The translations under genes and the position numbers were made by a program. 63,537 nt of DNA from contig NC_068997.1 of NCBI RefSeq assembly GCF_001194135.2, positions 6,775,387 through 6,838,923 of the forward strand, in the 5' to 3' direction. Under the pieces are notes generated by a model, which worked only from the letters and a program-made list of their open reading frames with translations, searched no databases and had not been told where the DNA came from. Positions 23,101 through 32,952 of this stretch are shown here, piece after piece. Source of the DNA: Octopus bimaculoides (Eukaryota). The stretch's first letter is position 1. Each line of letters begins with the position of its first letter.

Positions 23101-24931
23101 TGATTTTTTAGTCAGCGATCTATTTAAATACATTCCTAAACACTCCATCTACGGATATGACGACTTGGGCCGGATTTTCAATGCAACTGTCGAAGACTGT
23201 GCAAGAGAATGTCTTAAAAATCGATCTTGTAGGTCATTTGAATACAAACCACAACAATCGAAGTGTGATCTATCCACAGTGACAAGTAAGGAAAAACCAA
23301 TCACCACAAAGGCAGATTGGGACCATTACGAAATAGATGAGGACGGTAAGTTACCGAAACAAATTCATTTCTTTCAATAATAATAATAATAATAACAGTT
23401 ATTTAGAAAAACCCTGGCAAAACGTTTTGGGAAAGATTAAATATAAGTGAAAGAAAAACAATAAATCTTTTACCGCAAACCCATTTGATTATCATTATAT
23501 TTCAAGTAGAACCCCCGTCCCTACTTCAGTCAAAGTATGAAGAGGAAATGAAAACGCTCTGGTCTCTCGTTACTCTGTTAGTTATAGTAACAATAACAAC
23601 ATGGAGGTATGCAAATTAACAGCGTGTCGCCGCATCCACCATTTGTTGGTGATCCCCTACTCCTGGTGGATGTCACCTTTACACCACTCAAACGACAACC
23701 ATGGTTCTATTGGGGTAATCGTTGCCGGCGAGGATTTTACGAGGTCCGAGTGCAAATCTCACGTGAACTTCTTTTAGTCACCTTTTATGACATCAGAGGA
23801 AACGTAGGGTCTATTCTTTGACAATGCCGACCCTGACAAACGTGAGGACACATGGCATTGCGTTTAAAATATTGCGCTCACGATCGCGCGCGAGATCGTG
23901 GTTTAAATTCTTGGACCGAGTAATGAGTTGTGTTCTTGAGCAAAACATTTCATCTCACGTTGTTCTGCGACACCTGACGTGTGGTACACCGTGGACCTGT
24001 TCAGGTAAATTCGATTTGATGGAGGGATCGATCACAATAAATGAAATATTTGTGCAGGTTGTTCAGAAAAGAGTTGCAGAATCGTCTTTCTCGGATTATG
24101 GGAGGAGGCTACCGTCATGGTGGCTGTCGAGACGTTGAACTACTAATGACCATCACTGATAAACAATCGTTTAAGTTTTTTCCTCTAGTAAGCATACGGC
24201 CTACAATGGCTTTTAAAGCTGGTAACTGACTTAGAATTGTTGCTGCCGAAGCAGTATTCATATTCCTGTGTTGCAACTAGATGCTTGTTTTGTAAAGCAC
24301 CTTGATCGAGTACTTTCGTTTACTCTGTGAGCCTAGCTCAGCTGAAAGATTCCCGACCATTTGGATCACATATTTTTCTGCTGGAAATTCGGTGTATTCA
24401 ACTCGAGGCCTTTCAGCGTGTTTATGTCGGTGATTTGTGAGGCTAATCCTGGAGAGGCACAGTTCGCATTCGTTTCACACAAATCGTGGGACTGCTGGAC
24501 CAATAGATTCTCTTTTCCTGGCTCCTCATTATACATTAGCCCATTCTAATGAAGATTTCTGAAACTTCTGGGCACTATTGATTATTTATGTGTGCCAATT
24601 ACTTCTTTTAAGCACTGAAGACTCCTAGTCAGTTGTTTCAATCTTGTATTGAGTCAGAGAACATTTTACACAATCCTTATACATATTCCCACATAAATCT
24701 GCTCTAAGAAACAAGAGCAACTGTTAACAAATTTTGACTTTCTTTTTTTGTTTATTTTAAAATCTTTTCAATCAAACAGATAAAAAGATCGGCAAAGAAG
24801 GTTTATGTGAAGTAGAATGTGATCTTACCAGTCAGTCTAACGAAGGGGCTTCCGGACATATTGCTTTAATGCCTGATGGAACTCCTTGTAACATAAATTC
24901 CCAATGGCGCTGTCTACGAGGAAAATGTGTT
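3429..24931 (+). CDS. Gene A (spliced, whole span): ADAMTS-type secreted zinc metalloprotease with TSP1 repeat and two PAN/Apple domains inside the cysteine-rich region
   Basis: 18 GT-AG exons with consistent phases (84,55,49,250,115,155,87,101,126,126,101,80,105,164,61,[missing],234,234,152 nt). Signal peptide, prodomain [20 protein letters not shown] zinc motif, Met-turn GVMG, TSP1 WSAWS..C.R.CG.G, DGTPC motif. Exon skeleton mirrors gene B. Confidence 0.92.
4058..4112 (+). CDS. Gene A exon 2, prodomain
   Basis: ttctttctctag|[18 protein letters not shown]|gtaagt; 55 nt, phase 0-1, same length as gene B exon 2. Confidence 0.8.
6120..6168 (+). CDS. Gene A exon 3, prodomain
   Basis: [17 protein letters not shown]|gtaagt; 49 nt, phase 1-2; aligns to gene B DGFNEFHWATINADYLR. 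Confidence 0.8.
6465..6572 (-). mobile_element. tRNA-derived SINE (family A), partial
   Basis: aaaggatgaaaggcaaagtcgacctcggcggaatttgaactcagaacgtaaagac core, shared with the copies at 16.1, 19.3, 37.5, 48.9 and 63.2 kb. Confidence 0.85.
6775..7024 (+). CDS. Gene A exon 4, M12B prodomain
   Basis: ...[14 protein letters not shown]...[24 protein letters not shown]|gtaagt; typical ADAMTS prodomain ending. Confidence 0.9.
7300..8210 (-). mobile_element. Degenerate non-LTR retrotransposon (reverse transcriptase remnant)
   Basis: Frameshifted ORFs with [14 protein letters not shown]...[14 protein letters not shown], resembling YADDxxLL...GLxxNxxK; locally raised GC. Confidence 0.5.
8929..9043 (+). 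CDS. Gene A exon 5, prodomain end
   Basis: [38 protein letters not shown]; 115 nt, same length as gene B exon 5. Confidence 0.88.
10561..10715 (+). CDS. Gene A exon 6, start of catalytic domain
   Basis: [33 protein letters not shown]...[10 protein letters not shown]|gtaagt; first strand corresponds to the ADAMTS VETLVVAD motif. Confidence 0.9.
10849..10935 (+). CDS. Gene A exon 7, catalytic domain
   Basis: [29 protein letters not shown]|gtaagt; 87 nt. Confidence 0.9.
11596..11681. repeat. 43-bp tandem duplication
   Basis: gctcaattagtatgaacctatcaacc(gatt/aact)gaaaggtcgata occurs twice. Confidence 0.85.
12191..12291 (+). CDS. Gene A exon 8, catalytic domain
   Basis: [33 protein letters not shown]|gtgagt; phase 0-2. 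Confidence 0.88.
13062..13117. repeat. 14-bp tandem repeat x4
   Basis: cttccgatctgaca / cttccgatctgacc / cttccggtctggcc / cttccggtctggct. Confidence 0.85.
13850..13975 (+). CDS. Gene A exon 9, HExxH zinc motif
   Basis: [42 protein letters not shown]|gtatgt; 126 nt. Confidence 0.93.
14531..14598. repeat. 20-bp minisatellite x3.4
   Basis: taaatcttgttataatt(t/c)tt repeated, just upstream of gene A exon 10. Confidence 0.9.
14664..14789 (+). CDS. Gene A exon 10, third zinc His and Met-turn
   Basis: [41 protein letters not shown]; WSxC motif typical of ADAMTS. Confidence 0.93.
15438..15538 (+). CDS. Gene A exon 11, catalytic domain end and linker
   Basis: [34 protein letters not shown]|gtaagt. 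Confidence 0.9.
16073..16292 (-). mobile_element. Full-length family A SINE with 11-bp TSD
   Basis: Complete head-to-tail copy; aattctaggta at both 16062-16072 and 16293-16303. Confidence 0.92.
17304..17383 (+). CDS. Gene A exon 12, disintegrin-like domain
   Basis: [27 protein letters not shown]|gtgagt; 80 nt, same length as gene B. Confidence 0.88.
17549..17653 (+). CDS. Gene A exon 13, disintegrin-like domain
   Basis: [35 protein letters not shown]|gtgagt; 105 nt. Confidence 0.9.
18239..18402 (+). CDS. Gene A exon 14, TSP1 repeat
   Basis: [54 protein letters not shown]|gtaagt; 164 nt. Confidence 0.93.
19079..19200 (-). mobile_element. Family A SINE, 3' part
   Basis: tttggtacaaggccagcaag...atcgatctcgaaaggatgaaag. 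Confidence 0.75.
19288..19470 (+). mobile_element. Family A SINE
   Basis: gttctgagttaaaattccgccgaggccgactttgcctttcatcc...gtcgataaattaagtaccagt. Confidence 0.85.
19818..19878 (+). CDS. Gene A exon 15, TSP1 C-terminal half
   Basis: [20 protein letters not shown]|gtacgt; 61 nt, phase 2-0. Confidence 0.9.
21501..21734 (+). CDS. Gene A PAN/Apple exon 1
   Basis: [56 protein letters not shown]...WDLY; four-Cys PAN core; 234 nt, phase 1-1. Confidence 0.92.
21970..22430 (-). mobile_element. Mariner transposon remnant: transposase C-terminus plus 3' TIR
   Basis: Reverse strand reads [15 protein letters not shown]...[18 protein letters not shown]...[24 protein letters not shown]; TIR tattaggttggcaaccgagttcccgccgttt. 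Confidence 0.85.
23112..23345 (+). CDS. Gene A PAN/Apple exon 2
   Basis: [55 protein letters not shown]...WDHY; 234 nt, phase 1-1. Confidence 0.92.
24780..24931 (+). CDS. Gene A cysteine-rich region, second part
   Basis: [51 protein letters not shown]|gtaagt; CxxxC...DGTPC...CxxGxC pattern; 152 nt. Confidence 0.92.
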
Positions 24932-25137
24932 GTAAGTATACTATATTCGGGTTTACGATGCACTGCTATCAACACATTCAAATACCAATATTTGGGTTCC
25001 TGTTTTAAAACAGTTTGCTTAGGTATTCATTCTATTATCTCAGAAACTATTGTTACTAGAAAGTTTATTTTTGAAAATATTTAACTAAATGAAAGAAATA
25101 TTTTTCTTGACAGTCTGCTTTTATCTAACAAGTTATT

Positions 25138-25179
<42 letters not shown>

Positions 25180-25837
25180 AAATTTAGTAGGATATTAAAA
25201 TACGACTTGCTATAAACAGAGCTGTCGCTATAAAACCACAAATTACTCACTATTAAAATACACACGGCGAATACAACAAATATAACAGAAATAGGCTTAC
25301 CTTGTATGAACTACAGAAGTTAAGAATGCATATATTCCAAGATGAATTGATTTCACTTTCTGTATGAAAAACATACTTAAGCTCTTCAGCCAGACTTAAC
25401 GTAACAACATCTATTTCTGACATATTCATCACATTACACCGTGTGCGTTATTACATTTGAATGTGCCCTCGACATTCAAACACGAACATAACGTGAGCCA
25501 GTATATATAAAACTAAACAGGTATCATTACCATTATTAATAACAAGCAACACACAACAAGGAGAAAGAGACAAAAATAAAATAACACGTGTTAAATTTTT
25601 TTTCTTTTTCTAAAAGCGTTCAATGACGTTAACTGGAGTGTGGGGTTCGAGTAGACGTCATTCCACCTTTTGATTTATCATTACCATTCTTTTCATTCGA
25701 TTTTATTTTTCCTCCACTTTTGTGTTCTTTCTGTCCTTGTGTTGTTCCCTCTGTGTTCCAAAATGATTAAAAAATAGAATTCTCGAAAAAAATAGATTCC
25801 AAAATCTAAAAACGCAATAAATTCCAATTTTTTTTTT

Positions 25838-25868
25838 AAACGGCGGGAACTTAGTTCCCAACCCAATA
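25838..25868 (-). mobile_element. Mariner-type TIR, inverted relative to the TIR at 21970
   Basis: Reverse complement tattgggttgggaactaagttcccgccgttt, 27/31 identical to the 21970 TIR. Confidence 0.75.
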
Positions 25869-26403
25869 CATTAAATGGTATATATTTGGGCTGCTGTTAT
25901 TAACATNNNNNNNNNNNNNNNNNNNNNNNNNNNNNNNNNNNNNNNNNNNNNNNNNNNNNNNNNNNNNNNNNNNNNNNNNNNNNNNNNNNNNNNNNNNNNN
26001 NNNNNNNNNNNNNNNNNNNNNNNNNNNNNNNNNNNNNNNNNNNNNNNNNNNNNNNNNNNNNNNNNNNNNNNNNNNNNNNNNNNNNNNNNNNNNNNNNNNN
26101 NNNNNNNNNNNNNNNNNNNNNNNNNNNNNNNNNNNNNNNNNNNNNNNNNNNNNNNNNNNNNNNNNNNNNNNNNNNNNNNNNNNNNNNNNNNNNNNNNNNN
26201 NNNNNNNNNNNNNNNNNNNNNNNNNNNNNNNNNNNNNNNNNNNNNNNNNNNNNNNNNNNNNNNNNNNNNNNNNNNNNNNNNNNNNNNNNNNNNNNNNNNN
26301 NNNNNNNNNNNNNNNNNNNNNNNNNNNNNNNNNNNNNNNNNNNNNNNNNNNNNNNNNNNNNNNNNNNNNNNNNNNNNNNNNNNNNNNNNNNNNNNNNNNN
26401 NNN

Positions 26404-26466
<63 letters not shown>

Positions 26467-26469
<3 letters not shown>

Positions 26470-26655
26470 CTCTTTTACTTGTTTCAGTCATTTGGCTGCG
26501 ACCATGCTGGAGCACTGCTTTAAAGGGTTTTAATCGAAGGAATCGACCCCAGGACTTATTCTTTGTAAACCTAGCATTTATTTTATTGGTGTCTTTTGCC
26601 GAACCTCTAGGTTACGGGAAATTAAAAAACACCAACATCGGCTGTCAGCGATAGT
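26467..26655. mobile_element. SINE (family B)
   Basis: tttactcttttacttgtttcagtcatttggctgcgaccatgctggagcac...; a related fragment lies near 37310. Confidence 0.7.
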
Positions 26656-26691
26656 GGAAACACAAAAACACACACACACACTCTGTCTGTC

Positions 26692-26722
<31 letters not shown>

Positions 26723-29527
26723 GTGTCTGTCTGTCTGTCTGTCTCTCTCTCTCACTCACATGTTTACATACAAGTACAACCTGCATTATGCATTCTGTTT
26801 GTGTTTGAGCATGTGCACATTATTGTGGAGTTTCATAGATTTTGACTTCAAATTTGATCGATGGGTTTGTAAATTTATAAGTCCATGGGGTTGTGAATTC
26901 AGAGGTTTGTGTATATATGTATTTTCTTCTGCGAATCATGTGATATCATGAATATTTGCAAAGCACATATATCTGTGTAATTAGGGAATCCAACATAAGT
27001 TAGTAGGGACATATGTCTTTTATACATAATGTTCATATATGTTATGTAACTGATGTCTAAAGAAGAAATTATCCAGGTTGGAGGGTGGCAAAGTGGGTGG
27101 GGGATCATGTTTGAAATTTTGAAGTATTAACTGTTGCTTGTGCATATAGTGGGAGAAGGTTCAGACCAACCAGAACGTATTAAGAATGAATCGATACGTC
27201 TTGGATTCTCGCTAAATACGATTATTTAGGAAAAGAAAATAAAAAAGTTATAGAGCTTATACACTAGAACAGATCCAGTGGTGAAACTTAGAGCAAAAAC
27301 TGAATAAAGGACAGGGACTAATACTTCTTCATATCAGTGAGATAAAATATTTAGAATATAAAACTTTCAACAATACAGACGAGTATTTTTGCATCCACGC
27401 ACACGAATATTCTTACTTACATTCAGATGACTACATAAAAGTAAATGTGAGCATTCGTAATTATGAAATCCCAAATATTTCATTGTCAGATAACGATATC
27501 AGAAGAGCAATGTGTGTACATCAATAAAAACAAGACGAATAATAATAATCATAATAATAATAATAATAATAATAATTTCTTACAAAATGTTATTTGATTT
27601 GATTTACTCGAATTTATATATATATTGAAATTCTATTAGATTTATTTCGATTAAAATATTGTCAACAATATTTTCATTGCGTTATTCATTTTCTTCAAAA
27701 TAAATTCCAAACTACACCAGTTGATGAATAGGAAATTATCAACAGTGAAAGCTTTAGGAGTTATGAGGGTGACTGGAATCACTTGGCGTACAGCTTGTAA
27801 ATATTTTCTTTATCCTGAAAATGTCTGGTTCTCGAATTTCTGGAAAAGAAATATTGGCAAAATGAAACACAAGAAAAAAAAAAAGGTGTTAAATGTGACG
27901 TTGAAAACATTTCAGATGTTTTCACTGTAAATATTCATAGAAACAAAAACAATAAAAAACGTATCAAAAGCTGCTTCTTTCATCCATAAACTACGGCTCA
28001 TAGTTACCATTTTCTGCCTTTGGACCCCTTTGATTTCTCTTTTACTTCACTGGACCCTCCAGAGCCATGTTTTAAAAAATCTTATTCTTTTAGAATTATT
28101 ATTAGGAATTGTATAAAAATTGTTAAAAGTTTTTGTGTAATGTTGAAGTCTAACCAATTAATTGCAGTTAAAATTTAACAAGAAAATCTTATACGGACTC
28201 CCAAGGGCCATATGGACCCCGTTTGAGAACCACTGATTTCAAATTTGGTTCCTGAAAGTGATTCTTCTACCGTTAGAACAACAGATTTCCTTAGTTTGAA
28301 CCTTCTCATTTCCTCTAATTGCATTTGGTTTGTCTTTACGGTACTTATATTGTACTTTCTTACGACGTTTCCTGCAGGCCAGCAGTAAAAGTCCCCCGCT
28401 TTTTTTTTTGTGTGATGGTTTTAATGGACATCAAAATTAAAATTAAGTGAAATCATAAGACTAGTTTCTCTCGCCACGTAACAAGGTTTCGTGAAACTTT
28501 TAAACGTTCAAATGAAAAGAAAAAATAAATAAATAAAATCATCATCATCATCATTTAATGTCCGTTTTCCATGCTGGCATGTGTTGGACAGTTTGACAGG
28601 AGTCGCACCAAGCTCCATTTGTCTGTTTTGGCAAGGTTTCTACAGCTGGACACCTTTCCTAACGTCAATCACTTTACAGAGCGTAGTAGATGCTTCTTAT
28701 GTGGCACCAGCTCCGGGGCTTTTTGACGATGAGGATTAAGTTGAGCAAGCAACTGAGTACCTGTCCTGAACTGATGTGTAAGTGGCCGAGTACTCCTCAG
28801 ATACGTGTATCTTAAACGTGATTCTCAAGTAGAATCCGCCTAACACGGTGTGACAAGCTAAGACTCATGAACTAACGTCCAATCCATCTGGCGGGCATCC
28901 AACATAATTTCCTTCGACCCAGTTTCATTCACATGCCTTGAGTGAATCCGAATAAAAGACACTCATTCAAGACGTCACGTAATGAATTTGAACCCGAGAC
29001 CTCATGATTGCGAAGCGATCTCCTTAGTATTTTGGTTATTCTATGTGAAACATTTATGAAATGCTTCCCTTAAATACATCATTAAGCTCTTATAAAAAGG
29101 TAATTATATACCAGAAAATGTTGTCCTTAATATTAGAAAACACGGGATGAGCACTGCTGGAACGCATTTCATCATAACTCTACTCAATAGGGACATATAT
29201 ATANNNNNNNNNNACAAATACCTATGTGAACAAATATTTCTATTGGTTTCTCCATCATACTAAGGATGGCATCTGGGAGAATCTTGGTAAAAAACTACGT
29301 CTTCTGCAAATTAACCAATAACAAGGGAACGCTTTTGTGCAGTTGATCGACTTGCTTCATGTAACAGATAAATTTTCCTGAATTACAACCTGCTAATGGG
29401 GAGAATGCTACATGAAAACAGATGAGATGGTCGTGACTGGAACGTCTTTTATCATACCTCTACTATATTAGACTAAGGTGGAATTAAACAACAGTTAAGT
29501 ATTGGAGGGCGGTGGGGCTATACTTAC

Positions 29528-29679
29528 TCGACAAGTTCCTCTTATACATCTCCACTGAGTGTTCACGTCAGTGTTACACGGTGATCCATCAGGAAGAAAA
29601 GCTACATGAACTGACGTGAGAATATCACTTTCATGAAGTGGAACACAGCTTACTTCACAAACACCATTTTGAGGGAAGT
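29528..29679 (-). CDS. Gene B cysteine-rich region, second part
   Basis: DFPQNGVCEVSCVPLHESDILTSVHVAFLPDGSPCNTDVNTQWRCIRGTCR|gtaagt; 152 nt, same length as gene A. Confidence 0.92.
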
Positions 29680-29931
29680 CTAAATAGGAAGTCAGTAACA
29701 AAAAGGGCAAACGTTATAGATTTACATATAATCTATTTATGAGCATTTGGGCGTTTAGAAATACAATTTTGGTTTTGAACAAACTTAAACAAACAGTAGA
29801 ATTATGACCCGGATTTAGACAATGCAAAGTTTATTTTTACATAATCCTTTTGATAGTTAACTGTTATGTCATGTGGATGTGTGTTGGCGTGTGTATGTAT
29901 GTATGTATATATCTATCTATCTATCTATCAA

Positions 29932-29962
<31 letters not shown>

Positions 29963-32909
29963 NNNNNNNNNNNNNNNNNNNNNNNNNNNNNNNNNNNNNN
30001 NNNNNNNNNNNNNNNNNNNNNNNNNNNNNNNNNNNNTATAAATTCTCAGAATGAGATAAAAATCCAAGGCTGTGAAAGATTTTAGAACATTTATAAATAG
30101 AAGGTCTTACAGCTGTTTCCGGGATATTTTATATATCCCTTCATCGGAGGCGGTGTGAGAAAATGGTTAAGCAATAGTTAATTTAGATAAGATATGAAAT
30201 AGAGAGTGAAGTGGAAGAATGAAAATAAACGTGAGATACGCAAAGATATTGCATTTGTAGATCCATTATTTAGGCAGAATGGTATACATAAAAGATTCCA
30301 GTACCTTGTGAGTAAGTTCCAATAGTATTTAAAATTGGTCACTCCAAGTATAGAGTTTGTACACGGTGTTATTGAATCGAGGGTTAACTATGGTCTGTCC
30401 ATAGAACTTACTCAGCATTACCTGACACCTTTGGGTCTTATTGATACCATTACCTCTCATAACCTCTCTCTCTATATATGAATGAGAAAATGAAGAAAAT
30501 AGAAAAAATTGACGTACAGACGTTATTTATTTAAAGACTGGTTTCAAATATGGAAATTTGAATTTTATTTCTGTAATTGAATTGATTGGGCGTGGAAACA
30601 GCTGAAGACAGGAATTTCTCTACAAGAATTGAAATGTCTTTTTTGTTCATTTCCTCATTCATAAAGTCTTTTAATGCCTGTGCGTTTCAATGATAGACCA
30701 ATATACTTGGTTTTCATTGTACGCTGATATAAACCGGAGAACTAGGATGCTTGCATCCCTTAAGGAACTTTAGTTCCTTGACTAAATAATATACATATAT
30801 ATATATGTGTGTGTGTTTGTTTGTATGTATGTACTGACTTAAAACGCTTGCATAGACACTGCTGATACATCTGTCAGTGATGTCCATGGTCATCTTACGA
30901 GTAGACAGTCATCATTATGAATAGAGGTTGTTAGCTGAGTGAGCAATGTAACATAACTTTCATGGTCATCAAGGAGCATCTATGCGGTTGTTCGACCTGC
31001 AACAAATAGCAGACGACAACAACAACCGTCAGTTCTCACCAATTCGACCAACCATTATCTATGTAGATAATACAAAACCATCACCCTAAAGGAAAACAAT
31101 TTCCTTTAGAGAAGTTTATTAAACACACGTTAAGGGTTTCAAAAACATAATCGGCTGTTCACATCATTAAAGATGGAGGAGTTGGTAGAAAGGTGTATTT
31201 TACATTGTTTATTATTGTTGCATACGACTCCAATAACCCATCGTTCTACAACATGACAATGATGATAATACAAATAATATCAAAATATTAGTAATACTAC
31301 GTACACCGTTGTGCTACCACGGAGTGGCAACCATCAGGAAGTGTATCAAAGACATATTAACTGGTGAAGTTCATTTCTTTTTGAAGTGGCATAGAGCGGG
31401 TGAATTACCGGAAATCGATTATCGCCTTATCAGGAGAATACAAGGTTAGAGGGTTTGCATGGGCAAAGTACGAATTAAGTTCTGCTAAAATGGTTACATA
31501 TAGATATAATATCATTTACCTTTGTCATGTCTTTCATAGAAGTCCCAAAAGTCATTCGAATTTAAGTCGTGTGTCTTCGTAGATATGGAAGATAAATCAC
31601 ATTTTCGGTTCGTTGGTTTATATTCGAAGGAATAACATTTTTTAGTTACAAGACATGCACTGGCACATTGTTCCAAAGACACATTATTTTTTCTGCCCAA
31701 ATCATCGAATCCTCTCACAGATCTGTTCGGATACATCTTAAAGTATTTTAAGGCTGGAAAATATTTCAATTTTGGAAAATATTTTAATATTCAACATGTG
31801 TGAAAATTAAAGCAGATATTCGAAAAGGTTAATATTGAGAAAATATTTAATTTATTTTTGCTGTCATATTAATATCAAAAATAATTATCAATTTAGTAAG
31901 GTAACTTTATAATTATTAAGCTGGCGTTGGAAATTAGCAGGAACGTTTTGATGGAACGTTTAAATTAAAACTCCTTTCGAAAAGGACGTTCGCATTATAG
32001 AACTAGGGCTATTCTTAGACGAATCAGTAACAAAAAGGTTAATACGAAATACGTATTCTGCTAATACGCATATATAATCCTTAATGGCACCACTGTATGT
32101 GAGGAACATTATAGGGGTGAGGTAGCATCGGATACGCAACTACAATAATAAAACTGAAACTGAGTGTCAAATAAAAAAAAGTTACAAAATATTATAAATA
32201 AATTTAGCATAAATAAAAGAAAGGTGTGTTTAGTCGGCATATGACGAATAGAATCTTTCGCTCTGATTTTATTTAAATTTACCAGCTAAGCAATGGTGTT
32301 TACTGTGTAACTAAGGGCATTTGTCCATACTTAACAACGCAAGTCTTCTTTTAAAATTCAAGAGTAACGTAATGTCATAATATTCGTGAGACACATTGTT
32401 ACTTCAAGAAAACGCTGCAAAATTTAACATCAACTGGAAATTATTGAACAATTGCAGACCTCACCTCAACAGTAATAGGAAGTCCAGACTTTGCTTAGAA
32501 AAGTGTTATATTAAAGAATTCCCTTTACTCAAAGGTTTGTCACAATTCTAAAAGCGAGATGTTTTCCCCTTGTCCTCAGGACCGTAGATATATCTTAATC
32601 AACTAGTTGGCTCCACTCTAGCAGTAAGGATTGGTTCTTCATTAGAAGTCCTCTCACGATAAATAAGAGGACCCAACAGTCATACACACCCATGTGCATA
32701 CGCGATCAAATATGCTCTTCAAAAATTCCTTCTTCACTTCTCTCCCTTTTCTATCTCACTTCCTGCCTATTCTCTCTAATTCACCGTTACCCCACTCTTC
32801 ATTCCAAACACGTGTACAAAAACTTGAGGGAGACAGTTGCCTTTTGAATGTTAGTGTGAAGGACAATGGTCCCAAGGAACCATTCTAAGGGACATAGTTC
32901 TGATGGTTC

Positions 32910-32952
<43 letters not shown>

